Shown here: in pieces, positions 19,659-28,779 of the stretch
How the letters are laid out: every line of letters starts with the position of its first letter
How positions within the stretch are numbered: the stretch's first letter is position 1
Assembly: GCA_015228875.1 (NCBI GenBank)
Contig: JADGCS010000005.1
Coordinates: forward strand, 3,122 to 67,121
DNA: 64,000 bases
From: Deltaproteobacteria bacterium
Lineage (GTDB): Bacteria > UBA10199 > JADGCS01
Direction of reading: 5' to 3'
Made by a program: the position numbers and the translations under genes
The notes under the pieces: generated by a model
The model's database searches: none
What the model saw: only the letters and a program-made list of their open reading frames with translations
What the model was told of the DNA's origin: nothing

Positions 19659-21735
19659 ACTCAAGTCCGAATACACACCGTGTGGGGATCAACAAAAGGC
19701 CATCGCTGATCTGGTCAGTGGGATTGAAGCGGGCGCACGGTTTCAGACGCTTCTGGGGGTGACCGGTTCTGGCAAGACCTTTACCATGGCCCATGTGATC
19801 GCCAAGGTTAAAAAACCGACACTGATCCTTGCCCCCAACAAGACGCTTGCAGCGCAGCTTTATGCCGAGTTCCGGTCCTTTTTTCCCGAGAGCGCGGTTG
19901 AGTACTTTGTAAGCTATTACGATTATTATCAGCCCGAGGCCTATATCCCGCGCACCGATGTGTACATCGAAAAAGACTCCGCCATCAACGAGGAGATCGA
20001 CAAGCTCAGGCACGCGGCAACACACGCGCTCCTCACACGACAGGATGTGATTATTGTGGCGAGTGTTTCCTGCATTTACGGTCTTGGTTCGCCGGAGGCT
20101 TACAACGGGATGCTTATTGATGTGCAGAGGGGGATGAATTGCGACCGGAAGGAGATCATCAACAGGCTTGTGGAGATCCAGTACGAGCGCAACGATTGCG
20201 ACTTCCATCGCGGTACGTTCAGGGCGCGCGGTGATACACTCGACATCTTTCCGGTCTACGAAGAGTCTGAGGCCGTTCGCATCTCTTTCTTTGACGACGT
20301 GATCGACCAGATCAGTGTCATCGATCCCCTCAAGGGCAACGTGATCAAAAAAACCGATCGTGTGGCCGTGTATCCTGGTTCGCATTTTGTGACACCCGAG
20401 GGGACCAGACAACAAGCGGTCGAGGAGATTAAAAAAGATCTTAAAGATCGCATCCAGTATTTTCACGAGCACAACATGCCCCTCGAAAAACAACGCATCG
20501 AGCAGCGCACGCTTTACGATCTTGAGATGATCGAGGAGATCGGTTTTTGCAAGGGGATCGAAAATTACTCGCGCTATTTTGACGGCCGCAAAGAGGGCGA
20601 ACCGCCGCCAACACTCCTCAAATACATGTCCGGGAGTTTTACAGTTGACAGAGCGCGGGAGCATTCCTCGCAAAATGGAGGGATTCAACCGCGTCAAAGT
20701 CAAGTTGGTAACTTGTTTCCAAGGGATTTTCTGCTTTTTATTGACGAGTCTCATATCTCTGTCCCGCAGATTGGCGGGATGTACAAGGGGGACAGGTCTC
20801 GCAAGCAGACACTGGTTGATTACGGATTTCGGCTTAAGAGTGCGCTTGATAACAGGCCCCTCACCTTCGAAGAGTTCGAGGCATCCCTTGATTATACCAT
20901 TTTTGTCTCGGCAACACCCGGAGATTACGAATTTAAAAAATCGGCAGGTGTGGTGGTCGAACAGGTGATCCGGCCTACAGGGCTTGTAGATCCTGTGGTG
21001 GAGGTGCGACCGGTGGCGCATCAGGTCGATGACTTAATTAACGAGGTCAAAAAGACGGTTGCAGGGGGGGAGAGGGTACTTGTGACAACACTCACCAAAA
21101 GGATGGCAGAGAATCTTTCAAAATACTTTGCTGAGCTTGATATTCGCTGCCGTTACCTTCACTCGGACATCAAGACCCTTGAGAGGTTTGAAATTTTAAG
21201 GGACCTGCGCAAAGGTGTCTTTGACGTGCTGGTGGGGATCAATCTTTTGCGTGAAGGGCTTGATCTGCCCGAGGTGTCTCTGGTGGCGATTCTCGATGCC
21301 GACAAAGAGGGTTTTTTGCGCTCCGAGCGTTCGCTTGTTCAAACCTTTGGCAGGGCGGCAAGAAATATCAACGGCAGGGTGATCGCGTATTCCGACACGA
21401 TGACCGGTTCGTTAAAGCGCGCCATTGCAGAGACCGAGAGGAGGAGAAAGATCCAGATGGCCTACAACAAGGAACATGGTTTGACACCCAAGTCAATCAT
21501 CAAGGCCATCAGGGAGGGGATTCATCAGACGGTGGAGGCCGATTATGTTGATGTTGATACCGTGCTTGACCTGCCAAAGGCAATCAACGTGCGTGATATT
21601 CCAAAAATGATTGTCAAGCTGCGCAAGGAGATGCTCAAGTGTTCACAGTACATGGATTTTGAAAAGGCGGCACTCATCCGTGACGAGATCAAAAAACTCC
21701 GCGAGGTCGAGCTTTGTCTGGGGGGAGATGTGTGA
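19651..21735 (+). CDS. uvrB: Excinuclease ABC subunit B, carrying a 30-aa in-frame repeat insertion
   Basis: [37 protein letters not shown]-terminal UVR coil. Confidence 0.98.
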   Translation: MFKLKSEYTPCGDQQKAIADLVSGIEAGARFQTLLGVTGSGKTFTMAHVIAKVKKPTLILAPNKTLAAQLYAEFRSFFPESAVEYFVSYYDYYQPEAYIPRTDVYIEKDSAINEEIDKLRHAATHALLTRQDVIIVASVSCIYGLGSPEAYNGMLIDVQRGMNCDRKEIINRLVEIQYERNDCDFHRGTFRARGDTLDIFPVYEESEAVRISFFDDVIDQISVIDPLKGNVIKKTDRVAVYPGSHFVTPEGTRQQAVEEIKKDLKDRIQYFHEHNMPLEKQRIEQRTLYDLEMIEEIGFCKGIENYSRYFDGRKEGEPPPTLLKYMSGSFTVDRAREHSSQNGGIQPRQSQVGNLFPRDFLLFIDESHISVPQIGGMYKGDRSRKQTLVDYGFRLKSALDNRPLTFEEFEASLDYTIFVSATPGDYEFKKSAGVVVEQVIRPTGLVDPVVEVRPVAHQVDDLINEVKKTVAGGERVLVTTLTKRMAENLSKYFAELDIRCRYLHSDIKTLERFEILRDLRKGVFDVLVGINLLREGLDLPEVSLVAILDADKEGFLRSERSLVQTFGRAARNINGRVIAYSDTMTGSLKRAIAETERRRKIQMAYNKEHGLTPKSIIKAIREGIHQTVEADYVDVDTVLDLPKAINVRDIPKMIVKLRKEMLKCSQYMDFEKAALIRDEIKKLREVELCLGGDV
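20626..20715 (+). repeat. 90-bp palindromic element, copy A (in frame in uvrB)
   Basis: Matches copies at 25811, 25900, 59907, 61694, 62260; encodes [30 protein letters not shown]. Confidence 0.92.
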
Positions 21736-21759
21736 ATGCCACGGTTTTTTTAAAAAAAT

Positions 21760-21796
21760 TTGACTGACCAGACCAGACCAGACTATAATTGTAGTC
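21760..21796 (+). promoter_or_regulatory. Sigma70 promoter and overlapping operator of the TA operon
   Basis: TTGACT(21760)-18 nt-TATAAT(21784); near-palindrome GACTATAATTGTAGTC over the -10; (GACCA)x3 in the spacer. Confidence 0.75.
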
Positions 21797-22036
21797 ATGA
21801 AGATGATCAACATTTACAACGCCAAGTCGCAGTTTTCGGCGATCATCGAGCAGGTCGCCACGCGGGGGACCGAGTTTATCATTGGCAAGGCGGGCAGGGC
21901 TGTTGCCAAGATTGTCCCCTACAAAGCAGCGAGAAAAAAAAGGCGTCTTGACTACCTTAAAGGTAAAATTAAAACAGCACCCGATTTTGATCAGTGGCCC
22001 GATGACATCGCACTTTCTCTGGGGATCACATCATGA
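21797..22036 (+). CDS. Phd/YefM-family antitoxin
   Basis: INIYNAKSQFS..IIGKAGRAVAKIVP pattern; ATGA overlap with the PIN gene. Confidence 0.88.
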   Translation: MKMINIYNAKSQFSAIIEQVATRGTEFIIGKAGRAVAKIVPYKAARKKRRLDYLKGKIKTAPDFDQWPDDIALSLGITS

Positions 22037-22410
22037 GATACCTGCTCGACACCCATGTTCTCTTATGGGCCTGTGCCGATTCCAAAAAACTTAAAGCCCC
22101 GGTCAAACAAATTATCGAGTCCTCAGATCATATTATTTTTGTGAGTCTTGCTTCCTTGTGGGAACTGCGTATCAAAGAATCCATAGGCAAGGTGACTTTA
22201 CCCAGGGGGTTTTACAATGGACTCACCAAGGCGGGTTTTGAAATTCTTAACATGACGCTGGATCACATTCATATGGTGGGCAAACTCCCCCTCCACCATC
22301 GCGACCCCTTCGACCGCATGCTGATCGCGCAGTGCCTGTGTGAGCAGATGACACTCATATCCAACGACGAGAATATTAAAAAATACAAATTGAGTCTTGT
22401 GACGGCATGA
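22033..22410 (+). CDS. vapC: PIN-domain (VapC) toxin
   Basis: YLLDTHVLLW, SLWELRIK, HRDPFDRMLIAQ, SND. Confidence 0.92.
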   Translation: MRYLLDTHVLLWACADSKKLKAPVKQIIESSDHIIFVSLASLWELRIKESIGKVTLPRGFYNGLTKAGFEILNMTLDHIHMVGKLPLHHRDPFDRMLIAQCLCEQMTLISNDENIKKYKLSLVTA

Positions 22411-22475
22411 ATCGGCAATTTAAGGTCAGGATATTTTACCCCTTGAGAGTCGCTCGGACTATTCTTTAAAAGCAC

Positions 22476-22555
22476 ATCCATAAATTCCCCAATCCCGCTG
22501 TGATGCACAAAGTCGGCGATACCGTCCCATGGCGTGGATTCACGGTTGCGAATGG
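22476..22555 (-). pseudogene. Isolated duplicate of the cobB 3' end
   Basis: 63/80 nt identical to 26437-26516; translates IRNRESTPWDGIADFVHHSGIGEFMD versus IINRDPTPLDHMADFVHHGGIGEFMD. Confidence 0.85.
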
Positions 22556-22782
22556 GAGTCTCATTTTTTACACAACCTCACATTGATGTGTTCGGTATAT
22601 TGGACATATCTGGATTGTGCCTCGCAGATATTTTTTTAACTGTATGTTCTTAGAGCGTAATTTAATGGGTCTGTTTTGGCATGTGGTTTGCTATTATAAG
22701 TTAGGGGTATGCCTGATGTTTTGGTTGACTTTAAAAGAAATGGCTGATTTTATTTTATACGACACACCAGAAGGATGACCCC

Positions 22783-24462
22783 ATGGCCATCAATGTTCCC
22801 CAAATAGGTCTTGATGATTACAAACGATATCCCGAAGGGTTAACAGAAAACGACCTCTTTCGCTTTGATACAACCCAGGATAACGAACTAGAGCCGCAAG
22901 ATTTTACTGATGGCAATCAATGGAAAGAATTCGCCTGCAAATATGCAAGGTCGCACAAGAGTCTCAGAGAGGTTTACAGGGGGCAGACGAGCCGCAATCT
23001 CGAGATAGAACTGAGTTGGCAGTTGTTTTGCCTGTGGCAAAGTGACGGTCTCACCGCGGATGAAAAGAAAATACTCGCCGATATCTTGCGTCGTGATTTT
23101 AAGGTGCATGTTGATGAGACAACCGATCGTGAAAGTGTGGTCAGGCAGTTTCTTTCTATCAGTACATTCACGGGAACAAGTGGCGGGGTCGAATACGAAA
23201 AGGAAGATGAACTCGATGAAGAATCTGAGGTGGTGACGCATACCAAGGGATGGAGCGTCAACGCTGGGGCCTATGCAGGCGCAGCCTACCCCTTAAGGCT
23301 CCTTGACGATAGACTGCTTTTAAACCTTAAGCCCGAAGGCAATGCCTATTACGTGAATGGTGAACGGACGATCGAAAACGAAGACGAGGGGCTTGAGATG
23401 CAGCCATTCCAGTATGCGAGCCTCAAGGCAGCAGGGAGCATCACGCTCAGTGATCTCGCGGATGAACAGTGGTATGTGATTGCCGGTGGACTTTACAGGT
23501 ACAGGACAGTCGAACTCAAAGGGTTTACCAAGAGTGATTATGCAGCGAACCTTGATGCAGGGATTGACTACCTCTTTGGGATACCGCTCGATCTGAGTGT
23601 GTCAGGCGGGATTGAAGCTGCTTCGTTCACACCACCTTTGCTGGATTATCACAATCATCAGAGCACACTTCATTATAACGCTGATAGCTCGCTCAGTTAT
23701 AATCTGGCCAGTCAATGGGCATTGGCGGGGAGTTATACATACAAATTCAGGGACGATGCAGAAAAAACAGAAAAAAAGAAAAGCGAAGAACATCAGGGCA
23801 GTCTTTATTTTGACCACAGAAGATCCCTTGATGACTCTGTTTCCGCTGGCGTGAGCTTGAGTCATGTGGATCAAGAAAAATCACAAGGCGATAATAAGTC
23901 ACAAAACAAAGATTTTGCAGCCAGTGCTTGGGCCGAGTACTTTACATTTTTGGGGTCTGACGAACATGGGACAGACCAGGTCCTCACGACCCGTTTGAGT
24001 CTCTCCGCAAACAAAAGAAAGGGTGATTTTGAAGGGTGGTTTCCGGGTGTTTCTGCATCGTTCAGTGGTTCGGCGTATCTTGTTAAGGATGTTTTAGAGG
24101 CCAAACTATCTCTGGATGGTGAGTTTGATTACATTAATAAAGAGACCCCAGAGCAGAGGTTTGATTTTGAAACCAGTTATGCCATTGAGTCTGGTCTTGT
24201 TTTTTACATTGTTAAGGATTTTATCGATTTAAGGTTGGGTGGTTCTTTTGCACACGAGTTTGAACTTGGTGGGTTGAATTACAGTGATATGTCGGGGGCC
24301 GGTGAGGCAGAATTAACATTTTCGTTCGATGTGCTCAACGGTCTCGAATTACTCGTTAAGGGATACGGCGGGAAATCACAGAAACGTAATCTGGAAACCG
24401 AGAAAGTGACCCTGGACAATTTTAATTTTGGTGCCGAGGTTGATTTGGGTATTAATTTTTAA
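22783..24462 (+). CDS. Hypothetical outer-membrane beta-barrel-like protein
   Basis: Many amphipathic strands, C-terminal Phe (VDLGINF); acidic N-terminus without an obvious signal peptide. Confidence 0.6.
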   Translation: MAINVPQIGLDDYKRYPEGLTENDLFRFDTTQDNELEPQDFTDGNQWKEFACKYARSHKSLREVYRGQTSRNLEIELSWQLFCLWQSDGLTADEKKILADILRRDFKVHVDETTDRESVVRQFLSISTFTGTSGGVEYEKEDELDEESEVVTHTKGWSVNAGAYAGAAYPLRLLDDRLLLNLKPEGNAYYVNGERTIENEDEGLEMQPFQYASLKAAGSITLSDLADEQWYVIAGGLYRYRTVELKGFTKSDYAANLDAGIDYLFGIPLDLSVSGGIEAASFTPPLLDYHNHQSTLHYNADSSLSYNLASQWALAGSYTYKFRDDAEKTEKKKSEEHQGSLYFDHRRSLDDSVSAGVSLSHVDQEKSQGDNKSQNKDFAASAWAEYFTFLGSDEHGTDQVLTTRLSLSANKRKGDFEGWFPGVSASFSGSAYLVKDVLEAKLSLDGEFDYINKETPEQRFDFETSYAIESGLVFYIVKDFIDLRLGGSFAHEFELGGLNYSDMSGAGEAELTFSFDVLNGLELLVKGYGGKSQKRNLETEKVTLDNFNFGAEVDLGINF

Positions 24463-24493
24463 AACAGCAGCAACACTTTAACACTACTTACTT

Positions 24494-26029
24494 ATGAGGC
24501 GCTATTCAATGACAGAGACTGCCAGAACAACTGATCACACATCCTTTTTACGCAGGCTGAGTCAAAGCAGCTATTTTAACCTGATTGTCTCTGTCACCCG
24601 AAAATGTGCCCTGCGCTGCATTTACTGCTATGCGACAGACAACAGCATAAACAAGGGACCGCACATCATATCAGATGATCTTCTTGAAATAATCATCAGG
24701 GATGCCTTCGCTGTCAGGCACCCCAAAATCACGTTTGAGTGGACAGGCGGAGAGGCCCTTCTTGCAGGAAAAGTTTTTTTTGAAAAGGTCATTCACTGGC
24801 AGAATATTTACAAAGATTCCAAAAAAGATTTTGAAAACATTATTCAGACCAGCGGTGCTGTCTACGACGAAGGGCTGTACGATTTTCTGATCGACAATCA
24901 TTTTACGCTCTCCATGACCATCGATGGCCCCCCAGAGGTACACAATAAAAACAGGCCCCTGCCCTGTGGTCGCGGGTCATTTGATACGGTATTCAAGTCG
25001 TTCAAGTACATTAAGAAGAGGCAGGGACACTGCGGCGTTCTTTGCACACTCACACATTCTTCTATAGGCAGAATGAAAGAGATATTCGATTTCTACGCGA
25101 GAGAGGGGATCACAAGCTGGCATACCAATCAGTATTCGTTCGATAACAGCAAACCTGTTGGCGAAAAGAGAGAAGGGATTACTCCTGATGAGTATGCCCT
25201 TTATTTTAAGAGCCAGTTTGACTACTGGCTCAAGACCGATAGCCACACGGTTTACCCGAATCAGGTTGATTATCTATTTAAAGCCTTCTGCGGAAGACTT
25301 GAGTCTACCAAATGCACGCACGGTGGAAGGTGCCTCACAAATTTTCTAAATATCGATCCTGAAGGAAATGCCTATCTATGTCCCAAGTTCATCGGCTTTT
25401 CTGATCACAGAATCGGAAATATCAAAGACCAGAGGATCATAGAGTTGATTCACCCCCACAATCCGCGCATCGCGCGGTATATTAAAGAGAGGCTTGTTGC
25501 CATCAACAGGTGCGAGGCGGAATCATGCCCCTACCTGGCAGTGTGCAGCTCCGGCTGTCCGTATGGGTCACTGCTCTCCGGTCAAGACGGGACGATCTCT
25601 GGTCGCGACATCATGTGCAGCGGCATGAGAGATCTCTATCAGCACATAGACCACAGGTTGGCTGCATATGATCTTAAAACAATCACAAAGACAGAACAGG
25701 TTCAAAAGACGCACAGACTGACCAAAAACAAAAAACGCCGAGGCCTGCAAAAGAAAAAGAAAGACGGGCCAATCGTCCGCAGGTGCGCGTCATTAAAACA
25801 TCGTAATTTAGTGTCTAGGAATTTCAAAACCGACAGAGCGCGGGTGGATTCCTCGCAAAATGAAGGAATTCAACCGCGTCAAAGTCAAGTTAGTAACTTG
25901 TATCCAGGAATTTCAAAGTTGACAGAGCGCGGGCGCAACCCTCGCATGACGTGGAAACTCAACCGCGTCAAAGTCAAGTTAGTAACTTGTATAAGTTTAA
26001 ACAATCAACCAGAAAAGGAGGCAAAATGA
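24494..26029 (+). CDS. Radical SAM/SPASM protein (anaerobic sulfatase maturase-like), putative peptide maturase
   Basis: CALRCIYC, FEWTGGEAL, SPASM Cys pattern C..C..C...C..C..C...C...C; tail extended by two repeat copies. Confidence 0.88.
   Translation: MRRYSMTETARTTDHTSFLRRLSQSSYFNLIVSVTRKCALRCIYCYATDNSINKGPHIISDDLLEIIIRDAFAVRHPKITFEWTGGEALLAGKVFFEKVIHWQNIYKDSKKDFENIIQTSGAVYDEGLYDFLIDNHFTLSMTIDGPPEVHNKNRPLPCGRGSFDTVFKSFKYIKKRQGHCGVLCTLTHSSIGRMKEIFDFYAREGITSWHTNQYSFDNSKPVGEKREGITPDEYALYFKSQFDYWLKTDSHTVYPNQVDYLFKAFCGRLESTKCTHGGRCLTNFLNIDPEGNAYLCPKFIGFSDHRIGNIKDQRIIELIHPHNPRIARYIKERLVAINRCEAESCPYLAVCSSGCPYGSLLSGQDGTISGRDIMCSGMRDLYQHIDHRLAAYDLKTITKTEQVQKTHRLTKNKKRRGLQKKKKDGPIVRRCASLKHRNLVSRNFKTDRARVDSSQNEGIQPRQSQVSNLYPGISKLTERGRNPRMTWKLNRVKVKLVTCISLNNQPEKEAK
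25811..25900 (+). repeat. 90-bp palindromic element, copy B1
   Basis: Encodes [30 protein letters not shown] in the rSAM frame. Confidence 0.92.
25900..25989 (+). repeat. 90-bp palindromic element, copy B2 (tandem, 1-nt overlap with B1)
   Basis: Same ends and CGCGG/CCGCG stem; read in the alternative open frame ([18 protein letters not shown]). Confidence 0.88.
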
Positions 26030-26358
26030 AAGTCACAAACAGTCCCAAGGTAACCAATACCGCCGCGGAAACAGGGTATGCGCCAACGCCGGTCCAAGAG
26101 GCTCCCATTCCTCAGGTGATTAAGGAGATGAAGGATTGGCAGAAGCAGCAGGACCTCAGCAGCCTGCTCGAAGGCAAGATGTATGCGGTTGCGGAAGGAC
26201 ATACGGACATTCACACGAACTCGACCAGGTGCGGGGGAGAATGTCATATCGATATCCACAAGGACAATCACACGGACAAGACATCAGATAAAGGCGCGCA
26301 CACAAACGTAGGACCCAAACCGCCAAAACCACCAAAAGAGCCGACCCCCAAGGGTTAA
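26026..26358 (+). CDS. 110-aa His-x-Asp/Asn repeat peptide, putative RiPP precursor
   Basis: AAGGAGG RBS, ATGA overlap with the rSAM stop; HTD, HTN, HID, HKD, HTD, HTN. Confidence 0.8.
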   Translation: MKVTNSPKVTNTAAETGYAPTPVQEAPIPQVIKEMKDWQKQQDLSSLLEGKMYAVAEGHTDIHTNSTRCGGECHIDIHKDNHTDKTSDKGAHTNVGPKPPKPPKEPTPKG

Positions 26359-26409
26359 ATTCCCTCTGTTTCAGGGAAATTGGCGTGCGAAACTGTTTTG
26401 GCGCCTTTA

Positions 26410-27171
26410 TTATACAACCAGACCCTGTGTGAGCCTATCCATAAACTCCCCAATCCCTCCGTGATGCACAAAATCAGCCATATGATCCAATGGTGTGGGG
26501 TCGCGGTTGATGATGGCCAGAAAGGCGCCGCTTTCTTTGGCGATGGCGGGAATTGAGGCCGCAGGTTGAACCTGCAGGGAAGAACCTAGGACAATAAAGA
26601 CCTTGGCCTGTGTAGCCCACTCATGTGCCTGCTGCATCTCGTTAACCGGCATGGGTTGACCAAACGAGATGGTCGCGGGTTTAAGATAACCGCCGCAGTC
26701 CTTGCACACGGGGGGATCAAAGCCTTTTTGCGGGTCGATGGATTCGAAGACGGGTGCGGCCTCTGTGAGTCGCCAACACTTAAGGCAGACGACCTTTCTG
26801 TCGGTCCCGTGCAGCTCTACGGTTTTTTTATTTGACACACCGGCGATCTCGTGAAGGCCATCGACATTTTGCGTGATGAGCCCAAGCAGTTTGCCGCGTC
26901 TCTCAAACTCTGCAATGGTCGTGTGTCCTGTGTTTGGCTTGACACTCTTGTAGAGCTCAAAGGTTTCTTTTTTCATGGTCCAATATCTTACACGGGCTGT
27001 GTGGCTTGAGAGAAAATCGTCGTAATACACGGGCTGGTAACGGGTCCAAATCCCGCCAGGGCTTCTAAAATCAGGGACACCGGACTCGGTACTGATCCCG
27101 GCACCGGTAAAAAAAACGACGTCAACTGTGGTTTTGATTTGATGAATGATTTGTGAATGCGAAAGCGGCAT
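26410..27171 (-). CDS. cobB: NAD-dependent protein deacylase (sirtuin)
   Basis: FTGAGISTESGVPDFR, TQNVDGLH, ELHG, two CxxC, LGSSLQVQPAA. Confidence 0.95.
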   Translation of the reverse strand: MPLSHSQIIHQIKTTVDVVFFTGAGISTESGVPDFRSPGGIWTRYQPVYYDDFLSSHTARVRYWTMKKETFELYKSVKPNTGHTTIAEFERRGKLLGLITQNVDGLHEIAGVSNKKTVELHGTDRKVVCLKCWRLTEAAPVFESIDPQKGFDPPVCKDCGGYLKPATISFGQPMPVNEMQQAHEWATQAKVFIVLGSSLQVQPAASIPAIAKESGAFLAIINRDPTPLDHMADFVHHGGIGEFMDRLTQGLVV

Positions 27172-28616
27172 TAAAAAGCAAGTGTGGCCTGAAGCATCCC
27201 CACATGGTAGATGCGGTCATCAGGGCCGACAATACCATCAAGCGTCATTTTGTATTCGGCCTGTAGTTTTGCGTTTTTGTCTACAAAGTAATAACCAAAA
27301 CAGACCCCGCCCTCCCATTCGTTTGCGGGATCACCGTCGACATCACCGCCCCCAAGCTGACCCGGCAGATCGTTATCGCCGGAGCGAGCCGTCATCAGGT
27401 TCAGGTATGAGTTTGTCATGTCGTCAATGACTCCGGCACCTCGGAGAGCCACCTCCAGTTTTTTCTTTATCAGAAAGTAGCTGGCTTTGGCTTCAAGGCC
27501 CATATCGAGCTGTGCTCTTGTGAACATGTCGGGGTCAATTTGTCTTATAATACCGCCGGCAATAAGGCTGAAACCTGCGTATTTAAATTTTACATCGGCG
27601 GCGCCACCAATAATACGCGCCTGTGTCCCTGTTTCGAGGTGTCCAAAATCGGCGCCAAATCCGGCTGTCATGGCCGGTTTTTCGGTATTGGCAAAATCGC
27701 CTTCGGTTCCCGAGTCGTATTTTCCAAAGAGATTAAAGTCAAAGCGTGCTGCATAGCAGAGTTCGTTATTTAAATTGGCCGTAATTTTCATGTCTTCGCT
27801 GTTTGTTACTGTGATGGCATAACTGAACCACTTGATTCCCCCATTTACAGCAAGCCCGATGGCATTGGCAAAATCGTAGTTATAGGTAGGCATGGAGTAA
27901 GAGATAAACATTGTGCTGGTTGGGCTGGCTCCAAGTCCAGAGATGCTAACAGATTGTCTTGTGACAAAGATGCCAAATTCAGGGATAAATTTGTAGCCGA
28001 TTTCAAAATTATTAAGGGCAAGACTTGAATTGGGGTTGATGGCTATGGTGTAAACCAATTTTTCGTTAAATAGGTTGCCACCAAAAACAAGCCTGATTGA
28101 TCGCAGGGCAAATGTGTGCCCGTCTTCAAAGTCTTCTGCGATGTTGAAGGAGTAGCCAGCCTGAATACGGCCGTTTATTGATAACGCGTATTTTTTGTCG
28201 GAGCTTCTTACAAAAAATCCTCCATCGTAGCCGGCCGTTTTATCGGCATCGAGTCCTTTTTTCATGGATTCGATCTCGGCCCTGAGGCTGCCGATTTGCG
28301 AGATGACATACGACTGGTTGAATTCTTCGGGCTTAAATGCGGTTGTTGTTTTGGTTTGAATGGCGGTTGGGCTGGGGCTTGTGACCGCGGTATTGGCAGC
28401 GACGACAAGATCGGGTTTTGCAGTAGATAGAGATATATCGTCCGCATTGCTTGACGCATTGTTTTTTAGTGAGTTGTAATAGGATTCGGGGAGTGTGTAT
28501 GTGTTTTGTGCATGGCTTGCTGAAGACACAGAGTTTATTGTTTGAGCGGAAACTTGTGGGGAGTTTAGCAACACGCACAAGCACATGACCTGCAAAAAAA
28601 AGATAGTTTTTCTCAT
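27171..28616 (-). CDS. OprO/OprP-like porin
   Basis: Signal peptide, coiled segment, AGYDGGFFVRS...INGRIQ pattern, C-terminal Phe. Confidence 0.78.
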   Translation of the reverse strand: MRKTIFFLQVMCLCVLLNSPQVSAQTINSVSSASHAQNTYTLPESYYNSLKNNASSNADDISLSTAKPDLVVAANTAVTSPSPTAIQTKTTTAFKPEEFNQSYVISQIGSLRAEIESMKKGLDADKTAGYDGGFFVRSSDKKYALSINGRIQAGYSFNIAEDFEDGHTFALRSIRLVFGGNLFNEKLVYTIAINPNSSLALNNFEIGYKFIPEFGIFVTRQSVSISGLGASPTSTMFISYSMPTYNYDFANAIGLAVNGGIKWFSYAITVTNSEDMKITANLNNELCYAARFDFNLFGKYDSGTEGDFANTEKPAMTAGFGADFGHLETGTQARIIGGAADVKFKYAGFSLIAGGIIRQIDPDMFTRAQLDMGLEAKASYFLIKKKLEVALRGAGVIDDMTNSYLNLMTARSGDNDLPGQLGGGDVDGDPANEWEGGVCFGYYFVDKNAKLQAEYKMTLDGIVGPDDRIYHVGMLQATLAF

Positions 28617-28779
28617 AAGGAGTATTCCAATAATGGATTAGAGAGTGGTGACTGAATACAACTAACCGACTGAATTTATAAAAAAAAATGGACAAATATG
28701 CAACAAATATCCTGTGAAGTGTGAAGCAGGGTTTTGCAGAGCACGTAATTTGCAGGCATGGATAATTTATTGTGATTGC

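Noticed and set aside
19633-21021. 462-aa ORF antisense to uvrB
   Set aside because: Shadow frame of a conserved gene; no motifs or RBS.
25811-25989. Tandem repeat as a mini CRISPR array
   Set aside because: The units are 90 bp, abut without spacers, are dispersed elsewhere, and no cas genes are present.
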